Shown here: one piece after another, positions 52,600 through 64,000 of the stretch
How positions within the stretch are numbered: the stretch's first letter is position 1
How the letters are laid out: the number at the start of each line of letters is the position of its first letter
Assembly: GCF_001194135.2 (NCBI RefSeq)
Contig: NC_068988.1
Coordinates: forward strand, 67,259,882-67,323,881
Origin: Octopus bimaculoides
Taxonomy: Eukaryota
Reading direction: 5' to 3'
Length of the DNA: 64,000 nucleotides
The notes under the pieces: generated by a model
Told to the model about the DNA's origin: nothing
Databases searched by the model: none
Seen by the model: only the letters and a program-made list of their open reading frames with translations
Made by a program: the position numbers and the translations under genes

Positions 52600-53720
52600 T
52601 ATCCTTAACACACGGATATGATGGTGATAAACGTGAAGATGCTATACAACATGCTACTATGAAGGAAAAATTAAGAAAGGAATACTGGAGCAGAATGAGA
52701 CTCATACGGAAAACTGACCTCAACTCCAAAAATCGCATTGACGCCATTAACACCCTGGTACTTCCAGCAGACCAATATAGTCTTAACATCATTAACTGGA
52801 GTCCTAAGGAGCTCCAATGCCCGGACAGGAAAGCAAGAAAACTACTAACATCTAAGAACATGCACCTCCCAAAAGCAAACGTTGAGCATCTGGACCTACC
52901 TAGAAGTAATGGGAGAAGTGGAATAATGCTGGTAGAACTGTGCTATAAGACTTCTACAATAGTAATGAACGTGTAATTAACTAGTACAGAGGATTGGATG
53001 CTGCAGGTTGTGTGCAAACACGAATGCAGCAAAAGGTGACATTCTATTGTGAAGGAAGCTTGCAAATTCGCAAATGAACTTTGCATTAACCCTGAATTAG
53101 TTGGAGAACCTGAAACAACTTCCACCAAACCAGTAAATGGAGCAAGCAGACTGCAAAAGGACCGGGAAGAAACAGATTGAGGAGCGGTGGGACCAGAAAC
53201 CCTGCATGAACAGTATATTCTTCGAAGTCGAAATGCTGATGTAGACGAAGACACAGTCCATCAGTGGCTGAGAAGTTCCAGACTGAAATCAGAGACTGAC
53301 GGCTTCATATTGGCAGCACAAGATTAAAGCTTGTTTATCAGAAACTAGCAGGCTAACATTCTTCCGTAAATGTAGATTTTGCGACACATTTGACAAAATA
53401 ATAGACCGTCTCGTTTCGGGATGCTCTGTGTTGACACCAAACGATTGCAAAAATCGCCACAATAAGGCAGGACAGTATTTACACTGAAAAATATGTAAAC
53501 ACTACAAAATTCACACACCTGTTTACTAGTATAAACATCATCCTGAACCATTCAATTAAAGGTAAAAATATCACTATCCTCTGGGATTTTCCAGTCAACA
53601 CCAACAGAACAATCCAGGCTAATCGTCTAGACATAATTATTAAAGACTGGGAAGAAAATACTTGTAGATTGATAAATGTGGCTGTTCCCACTGACGAAAG
53701 CGTATCTGTTAAGGCTAGAC
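52600..53720 (+). mobile_element. R4/Dong-like non-LTR retrotransposon fragment
   Basis: KEKLRKEYWSRMRLIRKTDLNSKNRIDAINTLVLP...NW; KCRFCDTFDKIIDRLVSGC (CCHC-like); NRLDIIIKDWEENTCRLINVAVP (RLE). Multiple stops and frameshifts. Confidence 0.85.
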
Positions 53721-54978
53721 ATTTTCTGGGTGTGTCCTCGTCGACTACATAGATGCCAGACTTATTTCATCGATTTAGAAATGATGAAATGCAAATTCAA
53801 CCTCGGCGAGCAAAAATTCAGTGGAAAATACCGGTAGCATTTCATCCTCGTCGCTAACCATGCTAATGAGAATTGTAGTATTTTTGTTGATGCTGATTCG
53901 AAGAAAGAGTTAATTTACTAAAAGGGCAATTTTAAATGATAGGCAGTGGCAAGATGATAAAAAAATGTTTCAAAGGACTTAGACGATGAAAAATAAACTG
54001 AGAGATGAATTCAATATGAGATGGTTAGAATATTTTTCATAGATTAGAAAGTCGAAATGATAGCAAAACTCAGTTGCTACCTGCAACGAAATTACAGAAG
54101 AGCAGCAAAAAATAAATAATAAAAACAAAAAAAATGTTTGATACAACAAGAAATGAATGCAAATGGTATTGATGTACAACACTTTAAAATGTCTTCTTCA
54201 CATTGTGATTTCTTCAGTTTCAACATTAAAAAATGTATCAATATGCCCAACATACACATCTCTGATACTAATTAAATACGTCGCGCAAGAAATGACACAA
54301 TCAGAATATATCCACACTGGAATGATGCGAGGAATATTTTGCAGTAAATTGTCTCTTAGCAGCTGAATATTTACCGGGTTAATATTATGGTAATTTACTG
54401 TCGACCCGGACAATTTTGTTGCAAAATTTCGTGAAATTTTAATGTTTTGAAATTAGTTGAATATAATATGTTGACAGCAGAACAAATAGCAATAATCAAC
54501 CATATAGAGCGTATAGAATAATTACTAGGTGAATGATATATATATTTGGCATAAGAAATTTAGTTTCTTTATTTTCTATTTAGTTGCAAAATATTCCTTC
54601 CTATATTCTAATTCGTAGGAGTTCTATTTTGTAAACTATTATGCTTATATAACGAACGTATACAATGAGTGTTGGATCGCACTTCATTCAACGTAAATAC
54701 GTATATTCCTGCTCGTATATTTTTTTACTGCTCAAAGAGCAAGAAATCATCGATAGGCAACATTTCCGATGATTTTGTCATGTAATATATGCATCAAACT
54801 CAAACAATAATCCAGTCAAGAATGTAATCAATCAAAATGTATCAAAATTATCAGGCGTTTCACAAAATATCTGGAGAACTATTAATTGATCAATTTCACT
54901 CAGTTTTAGTTCAGACTGTCAAGAACGATATTGTTCAATTATGCGAGCAAAAAGAGTTATAGTTGCCATTTTACTTAC

Positions 54979-55090
54979 CTGCTAAATAAATCAATATTTA
55001 GGAAGACATATTCCCCGTTGTTGAAATTCAATTCCTCAGCTTGTATCATAATGTCCCGCACAGAATCTGGGTTGGCACAAAGTACAACGA
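54979..55090 (-). CDS. Internal coding exon of a natriuretic-peptide-receptor-like (NPR1/Gyc76C-like) membrane guanylyl cyclase, extracellular ligand-binding domain
   Basis: Minus strand reads ttatctctttttcag|TC GTT GTA CTT TGT GCC ... TTA TTT AGC AG|gtaagtaa: polypyrimidine + AG acceptor and GTAAGT donor, 112 nt (2 + 36 codons + 2). Peptide VVLCANPDSVRDIMIQAEELNFNNGEYVFLNIDLFS matches the recalled receptor-GC motif RIVxLCAxPxxVRxIMxxAxELxxxxGEYVFxNIxLFS. The orthologue cannot be fixed from one exon. Confidence 0.88.
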
Positions 55091-55159
55091 CTGAAAAAGA
55101 GATAAGATAATGTATGAAATAGGCATTATATAAATTTTTGGAAAACAGAAACAAACTCA

Positions 55160-55166
55160 CGCATAT

Positions 55167-55258
<92 letters not shown>

Positions 55259-55320
55259 NNNNNNNNNNNNNNNNNNNNNNNNNNNNNNNNNNNNNNNNNN
55301 NNNNNNNNNNNNNNNNNNGT

Positions 55321-55355
<35 letters not shown>
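55160..55355. repeat. (AT)n-(GT)n compound microsatellite with an internal gap
   Basis: Direct reading. N-gap at 55259-55318. Confidence 0.9.
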
Positions 55356-55357
<2 letters not shown>

Positions 55358-56889
55358 CTTATATTCAATTACCTACATACATACAAAGGTCTACGGAAAC
55401 AGGAAATATTCAGGCGCAGACTTCATAACAGTTTAATGACGTAAGTAATTTCACCTTTTATCGTTGAGATCGCATACGGTTCAATCTAGGGCGCACAAGA
55501 AATGCCCCAATTGTAACCAACTGCAAACTACTCTCCTCATCCCCAAGAATAGCCAAACCAACCTTCTTAAGAAATACCACATGCTTTGCTGGATCCTTGT
55601 GTCACTATCATTAAAATAGCTGAGCATGCTGGGGGAAAAGAAGAATGTGAATGACTCTATGCAGCAGCTACGAATTAACAAGTGGCTCAAGGAAAAACAG
55701 TAACAATATCGCAGGAGCTTAAACATAATGTAGTTGGACTACTAGTAGACTTTTGATAGCCGGTTGATTATTAAGGCTTTACAGTTAGCCAAATTCTCAC
55801 AACCACTAGTGAGTGCTGCTGATCACCTGACCAAGATTTGGTACACCACTTTGCTACTTAGGGGTGATAAGGAGTAAATTGATTCAAATAGTATTCGCTA
55901 CCAAAAAGTGTGATAGCCTGTCGGATTTGCTCTTCCACCACACATTAAATTCATTATCACTTCTGCTCACGAAACATAGTGGCTATGGAAATGCATCAAG
56001 GAGTATATAACATATTTTCGTTGACGACGACGTCAAACCCTATGGTTCAAATATCAACCTCCCCCCGCCCACAATGAAAATCAATTGGATCACATTACTC
56101 AATTTTCCCCAGACTTTGGCATGACATTTGGTGAATCCTAATGTGTATATTTGACAGCGAAAGTGGAAACGTTATGTCTTCATCTGAAAACCTGAAAATG
56201 AATGGCTTGACAATATTACCTCTACAGTCAGGTACAGTTATATGCAAATTGAGAAAAATGATCATATCAGATATGGACCCTTTTAAAAAAAGGAGAGGGC
56301 CAGGAATGAATATCTTAGGAGAGTAAAAGGAACATGGTCAGAGCTCTCAGCTTAAAACAAGCATATTGACCACAACACCTCAGGTCTACATTTGGCCTTC
56401 TGAAATGGTCACTACAAGAACCCAGTGAGATACACATTGGAACTTGCAAGCTTTTCAGTGTTGTAGGAAACGTCAACGTCAATGGAGATGTATAGATGCT
56501 ATACCTCCCACACAAGGCTGATGGCTGTTGGACTCGTGTCTGTCTTGAATGTCATATGTAGCAAGTATTGTAACACTGCAATAAAGTTTGAAGCAGATAA
56601 AAGAGACCAGTAACTTGGCCAGGTGTGCAACCATGAATAGCATAATTAGGACAGCTAATGAACTTGAGGAGATGCATGAAAAAACATCTGATATAGATCT
56701 CTCCGGAAGGGGCATATTTAAAATATATTTCTTAGAAGAACAAAACAATAGAACAGTACAATGAGAAGATATTACATGCGAACTTGAAACGAAACACAAA
56801 AAACATTGAAAGGACTATTCATGTCAAAAGCGTGGCATGGGGTACTAACTAGTTTGTGGCATCATACTTTGAAGTCTGCTTACATGCAA

Positions 56890-57350
56890 TTGAAGAACAA
56901 GAGATCTACACCAAGTACCTATAGAATAAAATGCAGAAAACACTGACAGACAACAAATGTAGGCTGAACTAGACAAAGACTGAAGACATCAACTACAGCA
57001 TTGCTAACTGCGAGGGAATGTCTTCTAAATGTTATCTTCCAACGCGGGATGCAACCGTGAGCAGGACAGTTTGGGACAGAATAAGAAAAATCTGCAAAAA
57101 AAAAAACAAACAACCTACAGATGAAGATAGGTCAAAAGAATATGGGTGGGACTCATTAATTAAAACAGCCACCAAGTTCAAACACAGCTGGTCAAACATT
57201 GTTGTGTTGGACAACAAGGAAAATTTACGTTCTGTTTGACCTTCTTAAGACTTAAGGGACAGTGTTTAAAACAAAATGCTTTCTTCAACAATCTTGTTAG
57301 CAAATCAGTGGCAGATCAAGATATATACTAAATTAAAAAGAAATTATACA
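56890..57350 (+). mobile_element. R4-like LINE zinc-knuckle/RLE remnant
   Basis: EDINYSIANCEGMSSKCYLPTRDATVSRTVWDRIRK parallels EDITHIISSCPKMSPRYYLPMRHDDEARTLYNEIRR in the neighbouring copy at about 58520. Confidence 0.6.
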
Positions 57351-57789
57351 TTCACACACACATACATATATAGATACAAGGGAAAGACGACATCTATGGA
57401 CTACCATTAATGAGGCGTTTGCAAATCCAGTACCATGGATGCACTTTCAACTTCATACCCATTATTATTAGAGCAACAGCATACATACCAACCCGTCTGG
57501 AGCAAACATAGTATATTGGGCAGGGAATGCAAATTCACAATTCATACTCTACAAATGATAACGATATCAAGGACAATTAAAATCTACAAGACCTTTTCTT
57601 AGATTTACTGGATGATGGTTAAAGAAAATGCTTTTTGTTCACAACCTTCCAGCCACGCATGTGGCAGGTCAAAATTTACTCAAACTTTATAAGAGAACGA
57701 CAACACATATTCATTCGTACATGCATGCATACATACATGCATACATACATGTATACATGCATGCATACATACATACATATATTACAATG

Positions 57790-59140
57790 GTGCCTGTAAC
57801 ACAACACATGTCACGAAAGAATATTACAGTCGTATAAAGAAAATTTGGACCTCAGAACTCTCTGCATTCAATACGACAGTGGCCCACAATGTGTTTGCAG
57901 TGCTAGTACTCATACCAACATTCGGACTGCTTGATTTGATGCTTGATGAGATCCGAGCCATTGATGGGAAAACCCGAAAAATACGAAGAAGCACACATAA
58001 TTTCCACATAAACAGTGATGTAGACTGCCTCTACCAAAAAAGTAAACAAGGCAGCAGAGGTTTAACATCGATCAAAATGCCTTTTAATGTCGCATCATAT
58101 CCTTTCGGCAACATCTTTTAACCACCAAGTGACGAAGTGCATCCCTTGACCAAGTTTGCATACATGATTTTGTTAACATCATAAGACTTGGAAGGCAGCT
58201 GCTTGAGCAACACTCTTTGTCTGATAACGTAGAATACATGCTCAAACAAGTCGCATAACTCTAGCACAACGTATCATCATATGAAAGAATGAACCTATAT
58301 GAGCAGAAGATCATGCATGGATATGTTAGTAGAAGCTCCGTGGTGAGAGTAATATCGATCGTCAAAGCAGTTTATCATGGATCACTAGCCGGAATACTAC
58401 CTCTCTCTTTGAAGGGTATGCGTTTGCAATCCATGAACAGGAAATATCAATCAATACCTGATGCACAAAAGGGATAGAAATGCGGGGAAAACCGTAAAAA
58501 AACGATATCACACTGAAGATATCACCCACATCATAAGTAGTTGTCCGAAAATGTCACCACGGTATTATCTGCCGATGAGGCATGATGATGAAGCTAGGAC
58601 ACTCTATAACGAAATCCGTCGGAAGGTTAATCCCGAGGACAAAGAAATAAGGGCTGACAATATGGTAGAAGTCCTAGCCACTCATAATGAAATGAAATAC
58701 TAGTGGAATTTACCAGCGAAGGCCTCAATAAAGTGTAAAGCGCAACAGACCTGATAGAATGATTTGGGATAGAGAAGAGAAACTGTTTACAGTTGTGGAT
58801 GTTAAAATAAAGCTGAATATCAGTGAAAAATAGAACATCTATGCTGAACTATTGAGAAATATGCAGTTTCTCTAGCCAGATTACAAATTATGTTTATGCC
58901 AGTGATTATTGGGGCCCACGGATGTTTAACAAGCTGCCTAAATACCAATCTTGAGAAGTTAGGCTTCTTAAAGCCAAAAATGAGAAAGCTAATCCAAAGA
59001 CAACAGACCCAATTCATTACTGTAACAGTAAAACTCTGTAAAACTTTCCGGAAGTTTATTTAAATATATACAAGCATCTCTAGATCTGTAACTATATGCA
59101 TGATAATACATACATAAAACATATAATTCTACACATATAC

Positions 59141-59171
<31 letters not shown>

Positions 59172-59290
59172 AAAATACCCTGTTGTTGATGTTGAAATTC
59201 CAATGAAGGAATCTGGATCTAGGTTAGAAACCGGTTCTTTCTCTTTTGGCAAGAAATCTTGAAATAAACTGATTAATTACAGACATGCAT
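57790..59290 (+). mobile_element. R4-like LINE 3' portion with 3' UTR, embedded in (TACA)n
   Basis: HNVFAVLVLIPTFGLLDLMLDEIRAIDGKTRK...SDVDCLY; EDITHIISSCPK; RNRPDRMIWDREEKLFTVVDV; IMFMPVIIGAHG; the ORF ends near 59063 and a 3' UTR follows. Confidence 0.82.
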
Positions 59291-60639
59291 ACAATAGACA
59301 TACACACACACACAACACGTACACGCACACACAACACGTACACGCACACACACACACGCAATTGAAATTTATAACTTTAAATGAAAAAGGACTTTACATG
59401 TTTTACAGAATAAAACAATGCTTTGAAACTGTAAAAATATTTTTTGAACATTCATAGCTAATTTAATCGGAGAACGTTTATTTACTTGAAGAATATCAGT
59501 GTTTCATTCTATTGATGTCGAGTCTTTGTACCATTTATTTACAGGGCATTTGTCAATTTTAGGTAAATTTCGCATAGTTTATGGCATAGAACATAAAACA
59601 GTGGCTTATAAAACATAATGTATTTCATGGAGTATCTTTAAGACAGCTACCGTGTTTTGCAGCCTTATTTATCCGGACTGAATCTCATTAAGTTTCGTAC
59701 TTCAATTATAAATGAAAATAAAAGAAATAAAGCAAAATTATGGTATTGAAAGTAATAAGTGTCTGTAGTTTAAAACGGCCAATAATATATATGGATAATG
59801 TTTCTAATTATTGAATATTTGTGGACACACTTTTGAGATTGAGGTTAAACATAAATGCTTATCTTGCAACCACTGTCAACAGGATTAATTAATTAATGAA
59901 AATTTCATTATTTTCTGTTTACATGAAAAGAAATTGTCTAATGAGAAGTAATGACAGATAAGACGTCGGGAATATTTATACTGTCAACATTAATTTACTG
60001 ATTCAGAAGTAAATGTTTTGCTTCTTTAAGTAGAGATTTAGTGAGACATTGGACTAACAATTATAGACAGATGTATTGAAATATGTTTATTAACATTTTG
60101 CTGCTCATTCTGTATTGCTCCATTAGCTATAGCTGAACGCGTTGGCTAAATTTTTAAATAAATGATAAAGGATATCGGAGATAAATGTGAGCACAAAACA
60201 GACTTAAATTGATTAGTTTGCGTGTTGGCAATATTTAATTTTAATCTTTCTGGAATTAAAGATAGGAAGAAATATTTCAAATCCAGTAATTGAAAGAAAC
60301 AACCAATGCAACAGAGCTAAAGATTAAAGTGCAATCAAGGCAAATGCATGGGTATTTCATCGTAGAATATTGTGGCTTCGCATATTTTCAATTGATTTTA
60401 ATTTTATATCATTTAAAGGAAGTGTTATGCTGTTTTGGTATCAGATTTCAATAAAAAATCTACTTAATATGGAAATTATGCTAGAAATAAGATAAAAATT
60501 GTATGCCATTGCATGTTCACTTTTATCTGTAAGGAAAATATCACCTGAAGGTATGGGAATATTATTTAAACATCGTTTTCTTTTTTTTACTCATTAATTA
60601 TACCTCACAGAAATAATTGTCAGTAAGGAAAATTAATTT

Positions 60640-60960
<321 letters not shown>

Positions 60961-62084
60961 CAAGACTAAGAAGATGTAAAATTAGAAAGGGGAAGGAATG
61001 AAATACATGCGCGGGCATGTTCGAGAATGCCAACATTATCAAATATTTGATTTAAAAGAGATAACTATACTAGGAAAAGAGGAACGCTTCGCCATGGTCG
61101 CTCGGCCTCTCAGAAACAGTGGCCTCAATTTACTCCTTTTAAAGAAACATAGAACAATGTAACTATAGATAGATATAGTAAAGCGAAGTCAGCATGGTTA
61201 TAGTTGAGAAACTTATTTCAGTTTTTATTTTCCTTCTGAACTCATATTGGCCTACGCAACAAATGTAAGTAAATAAAGCGCGAATTTATGCGGTTTCTTT
61301 TGCTTGGTATCTGTTGTGTCGACGCCCCCAGGCAAAGAAGTAGGATCTCCCAAGATATATAAATAGAGGTAGTCTCGCCGTTATAGGAGTGTTGAGTAGC
61401 AGTCGAGTAGCAGTGGTGTAGCGGTTGAGTAGAGATCATCCGAAGGTGCTAGATAGTGGTAGCTTGAGACATAACAGTAGCAGAATGTAAATTAGTTAAA
61501 AATATAATTAGTTTCAATTGCAATTAGTGTTATTGACAACTTAACTGGTTGATTAAGAAAAGTTAAAAGAGACAGTTATGTTAAGAAACCTAAAACTGAT
61601 TTCAAAATCGATCGTTCAAAATTTAGCGCTTCGTTTGCATCTTACAACTTTAATTTTCAAAGTACATACAAATGTATTTATTTCTCTTTAATCCGATAGA
61701 TGCAATGACTAAACACGTTGGATGTTTCGGATCTATTATCTTGTTATCGCTTCTGTTATACACTATTATCCTGGAGACTGGGTGTAGTTTGATCTAAACT
61801 CGGTCTTTTGTAAGTAACATCCTTCAGACCCCACCAAAAACCGACTTTTCGCCGGAACCATCTAAATGCTTTTTCTACATGTTCTTCGTGGAGGTGTTTA
61901 CAAGTTGAAATGAAAAAAGTAAAGGTGTGTTAAACTCTGATGTACTTTGCCAATCTATGCTTAGTTCTAAATGGTGTAATCATTATTCTGATGTTATTGT
62001 ATCACTCACTATTATAAACATGTATACAACGCGTATCAAATTAAAGATCCTGACATAAGAACAATGATTTTATAAGTGTAGTCT

Positions 62085-62522
62085 TCGCTATGTGGTAAGA
62101 AGTTTGCTTCCTAACCACATCATTCTGGGTTCAGTCCCACCGCGTGACAGTTTGGGTAAGTCTTCTACTATAGTCACAATCCGAACAAAATCTTGTGAAT
62201 GCATTTGGTTGATGGAAACTGAAAGAAGCTCCTTGCATAATACAAACACATACACATACATAGATACATACATACATACGTACATACACATGTCCACATA
62301 TATATATATATATGTTTATACTTGTGTGTGTGACCTCGTGTCTGACCCCACCACTGCCTGATAGCCCTTGTTGGTTTGTTTACGCCCCCATTTCATAGTG
62401 ATTCGACTCTTAGAATATGTATCAGGTTTAAAACGTGATTACCGGGGTTGATTCTTTATACGTAAACCCTTCAAGACTGTGTCCCAGAATGGTAGCTGAC
62501 TAATAACTAAAGCAAGTAAAAC
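62085..62522 (+). mobile_element. Long SINE, diverged
   Basis: gctatgtggtaagaagtttgcttcctaaccacat...gggttcagtccca...gatggaaactgaaagaagc...aagcaagtaaaac. Confidence 0.75.
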
Positions 62523-63819
62523 AAACATTCAAAACTTATCCAATATTAGAGAAATGTAGAGACTATAGAAAATTTGTTCTGATAATTCCAATAATTGCAT
62601 CTTGTTTCATCTGTAACTTAGACGAAGTAATATTGTTAATTTACGCGTTTAATTTTTTTTCTCCTTTATAGTAAATCGATAGAAGCTACAAATCAATCGA
62701 ATCGCAGATTCGGTACATTGAGAATATGTCAGAGTAGTAAAGATCTTGTCACTAAAGTGTTAAAATTTCAACAAAGTAAAAATAGACTTGTAATATTTAG
62801 TTTGATATGCTTCACTGTAAATATTGATTTGTACATTCACAGAAAACAAATTAGGTTTTGAGCGAACTATTTTTCCTCGAATACAGAAACACAGTTAAAA
62901 TAACATTAGGCGTAAAACATCAATAAGATTTTATGAGAATATGAGCAGGCTTAAAAATAGTTTTATAATACTAGGAAATTTATATTGAAATTACTGCACT
63001 AGATGGATGCTGCTTTATTTTTGTCTGTAAAATGGAGTTCTACTACAACAGTTACAGTGTCTCCTCATAAATTGAATTAACAGTTCTAGTTATAAGAGGA
63101 AAAATAACAGACACACTACACAATATTTCGGTAAACATATATACATGTATGTACGTGTAAATGTATGTACATATGCATGCAAGTGTTGATTTTTTATTAA
63201 AATACGCTTGTTATCAACAATAAAGAGATAATATATGATACAGTTAGACTAAAATTTCACTGTGAAAGCTATTTGACACAACAATGGAATAAGTGGGCTC
63301 CTATCATGCACATTATTGTGAATTGTCCTGTAGGTGCGTTTATTTACTGTTGCAGTTACTGTTCTTAATTTGGGATTGAATTATAATTTAATTTAAGAAT
63401 ATGACTACTTTAGCTTTTATGTTCTGTTACCCATTCCATTTACTTCTCTGCTAAAATTCCGGTCATATCAACCTTAATACACATTTTAATCTGTTACATG
63501 TTTCATCGTTCTAGTTTGTCGAACCGCTACGGTATGGCATATAAAGGGACACTGGAATGAACGACATAAATTTTTTCATCGAACAAATTATTTCGAACAC
63601 AAAGGCGGAAAGATAGACTTTGCAGTTGGAAATAATGTATCTGATAACGTAACGTATTTTCATAATGCATATTACAAAATGAAGTGTTATGAATCAAATT
63701 TGAGTTTGACGCTGTCCATATGCAAACTTTTAACACACATACACATATAAGCACACACACACACGCACACACACACACGCGTGCGCGCACGAGCACACAC
63801 ACACATGTATACATATAAA

Positions 63820-63955
63820 TGGCATTCCACTTGTTACGACTACGGAGGTCCCAGCTGATCTGGCAATAAAGTGTGTTCAAGAATACAATTCGCCGTCAGG
63901 AACTGAACTCACGATCTTGAGCACAATTCTCTAACCACTTCACCACGCATCTTCA
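63820..63955 (-). mobile_element. Internally deleted copy of the third SINE family
   Basis: Reverse strand: gcgtggtgaagtggttagagaattg...gtgagttcagttcc...gaacacactttattg joined to gatcagctgggacctccgtagtcgtaacaagtggaatgcc. Confidence 0.5.

Positions 63956-64000
<45 letters not shown>

Noticed and set aside
55500-56760. Possible hAT transposase remnant (CxxC near 55515; Q*DTHWN resembling TRWN near 56420)
   Set aside because: Only two weak motifs and no TIR or TSD found. A profile search is needed.
63545-63720. taaagggacac start resembling a Kolobok-type MITE terminus
   Set aside because: No matching opposite terminus or TTAA TSD identified.

Overview
AT-rich animal genomic DNA with at least nine N-gaps. 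The SINE, microsatellite and LINE content looks like an Octopus draft assembly (inference from recalled repeat families, not a database search). Only one host exon is well supported: a 112-nt minus-strand exon (54979-55090, canonical AG/GT ends) encoding part of the extracellular domain of a natriuretic-peptide-receptor-like membrane guanylyl cyclase (NPR1/Gyc76C-like). The rest appears intronic or intergenic and is filled with decayed mobile elements: R4/Dong-like, Tx1/L1-like, CR1/L2-like and I-like LINE remnants, two Penelope-like elements, maT-like and mariner DNA transposons, three tRNA-derived SINE families, two long-arm foldback elements and many microsatellites. The most notable observations are: a Penelope terminal repeat carrying a tRNA-like Pol III module in both copies; a hammerhead-ribozyme core motif in a second Penelope remnant; R4/Dong-like copies embedded in two different microsatellites ((TAA)n and (TACA)n); two long inverted repeats; and a 14:1 strand bias of a short SINE family. 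No prokaryote-type system (CRISPR, operon, rRNA) is present. Repeat boundaries were read by eye and are approximate unless TSD/TIR positions are given.
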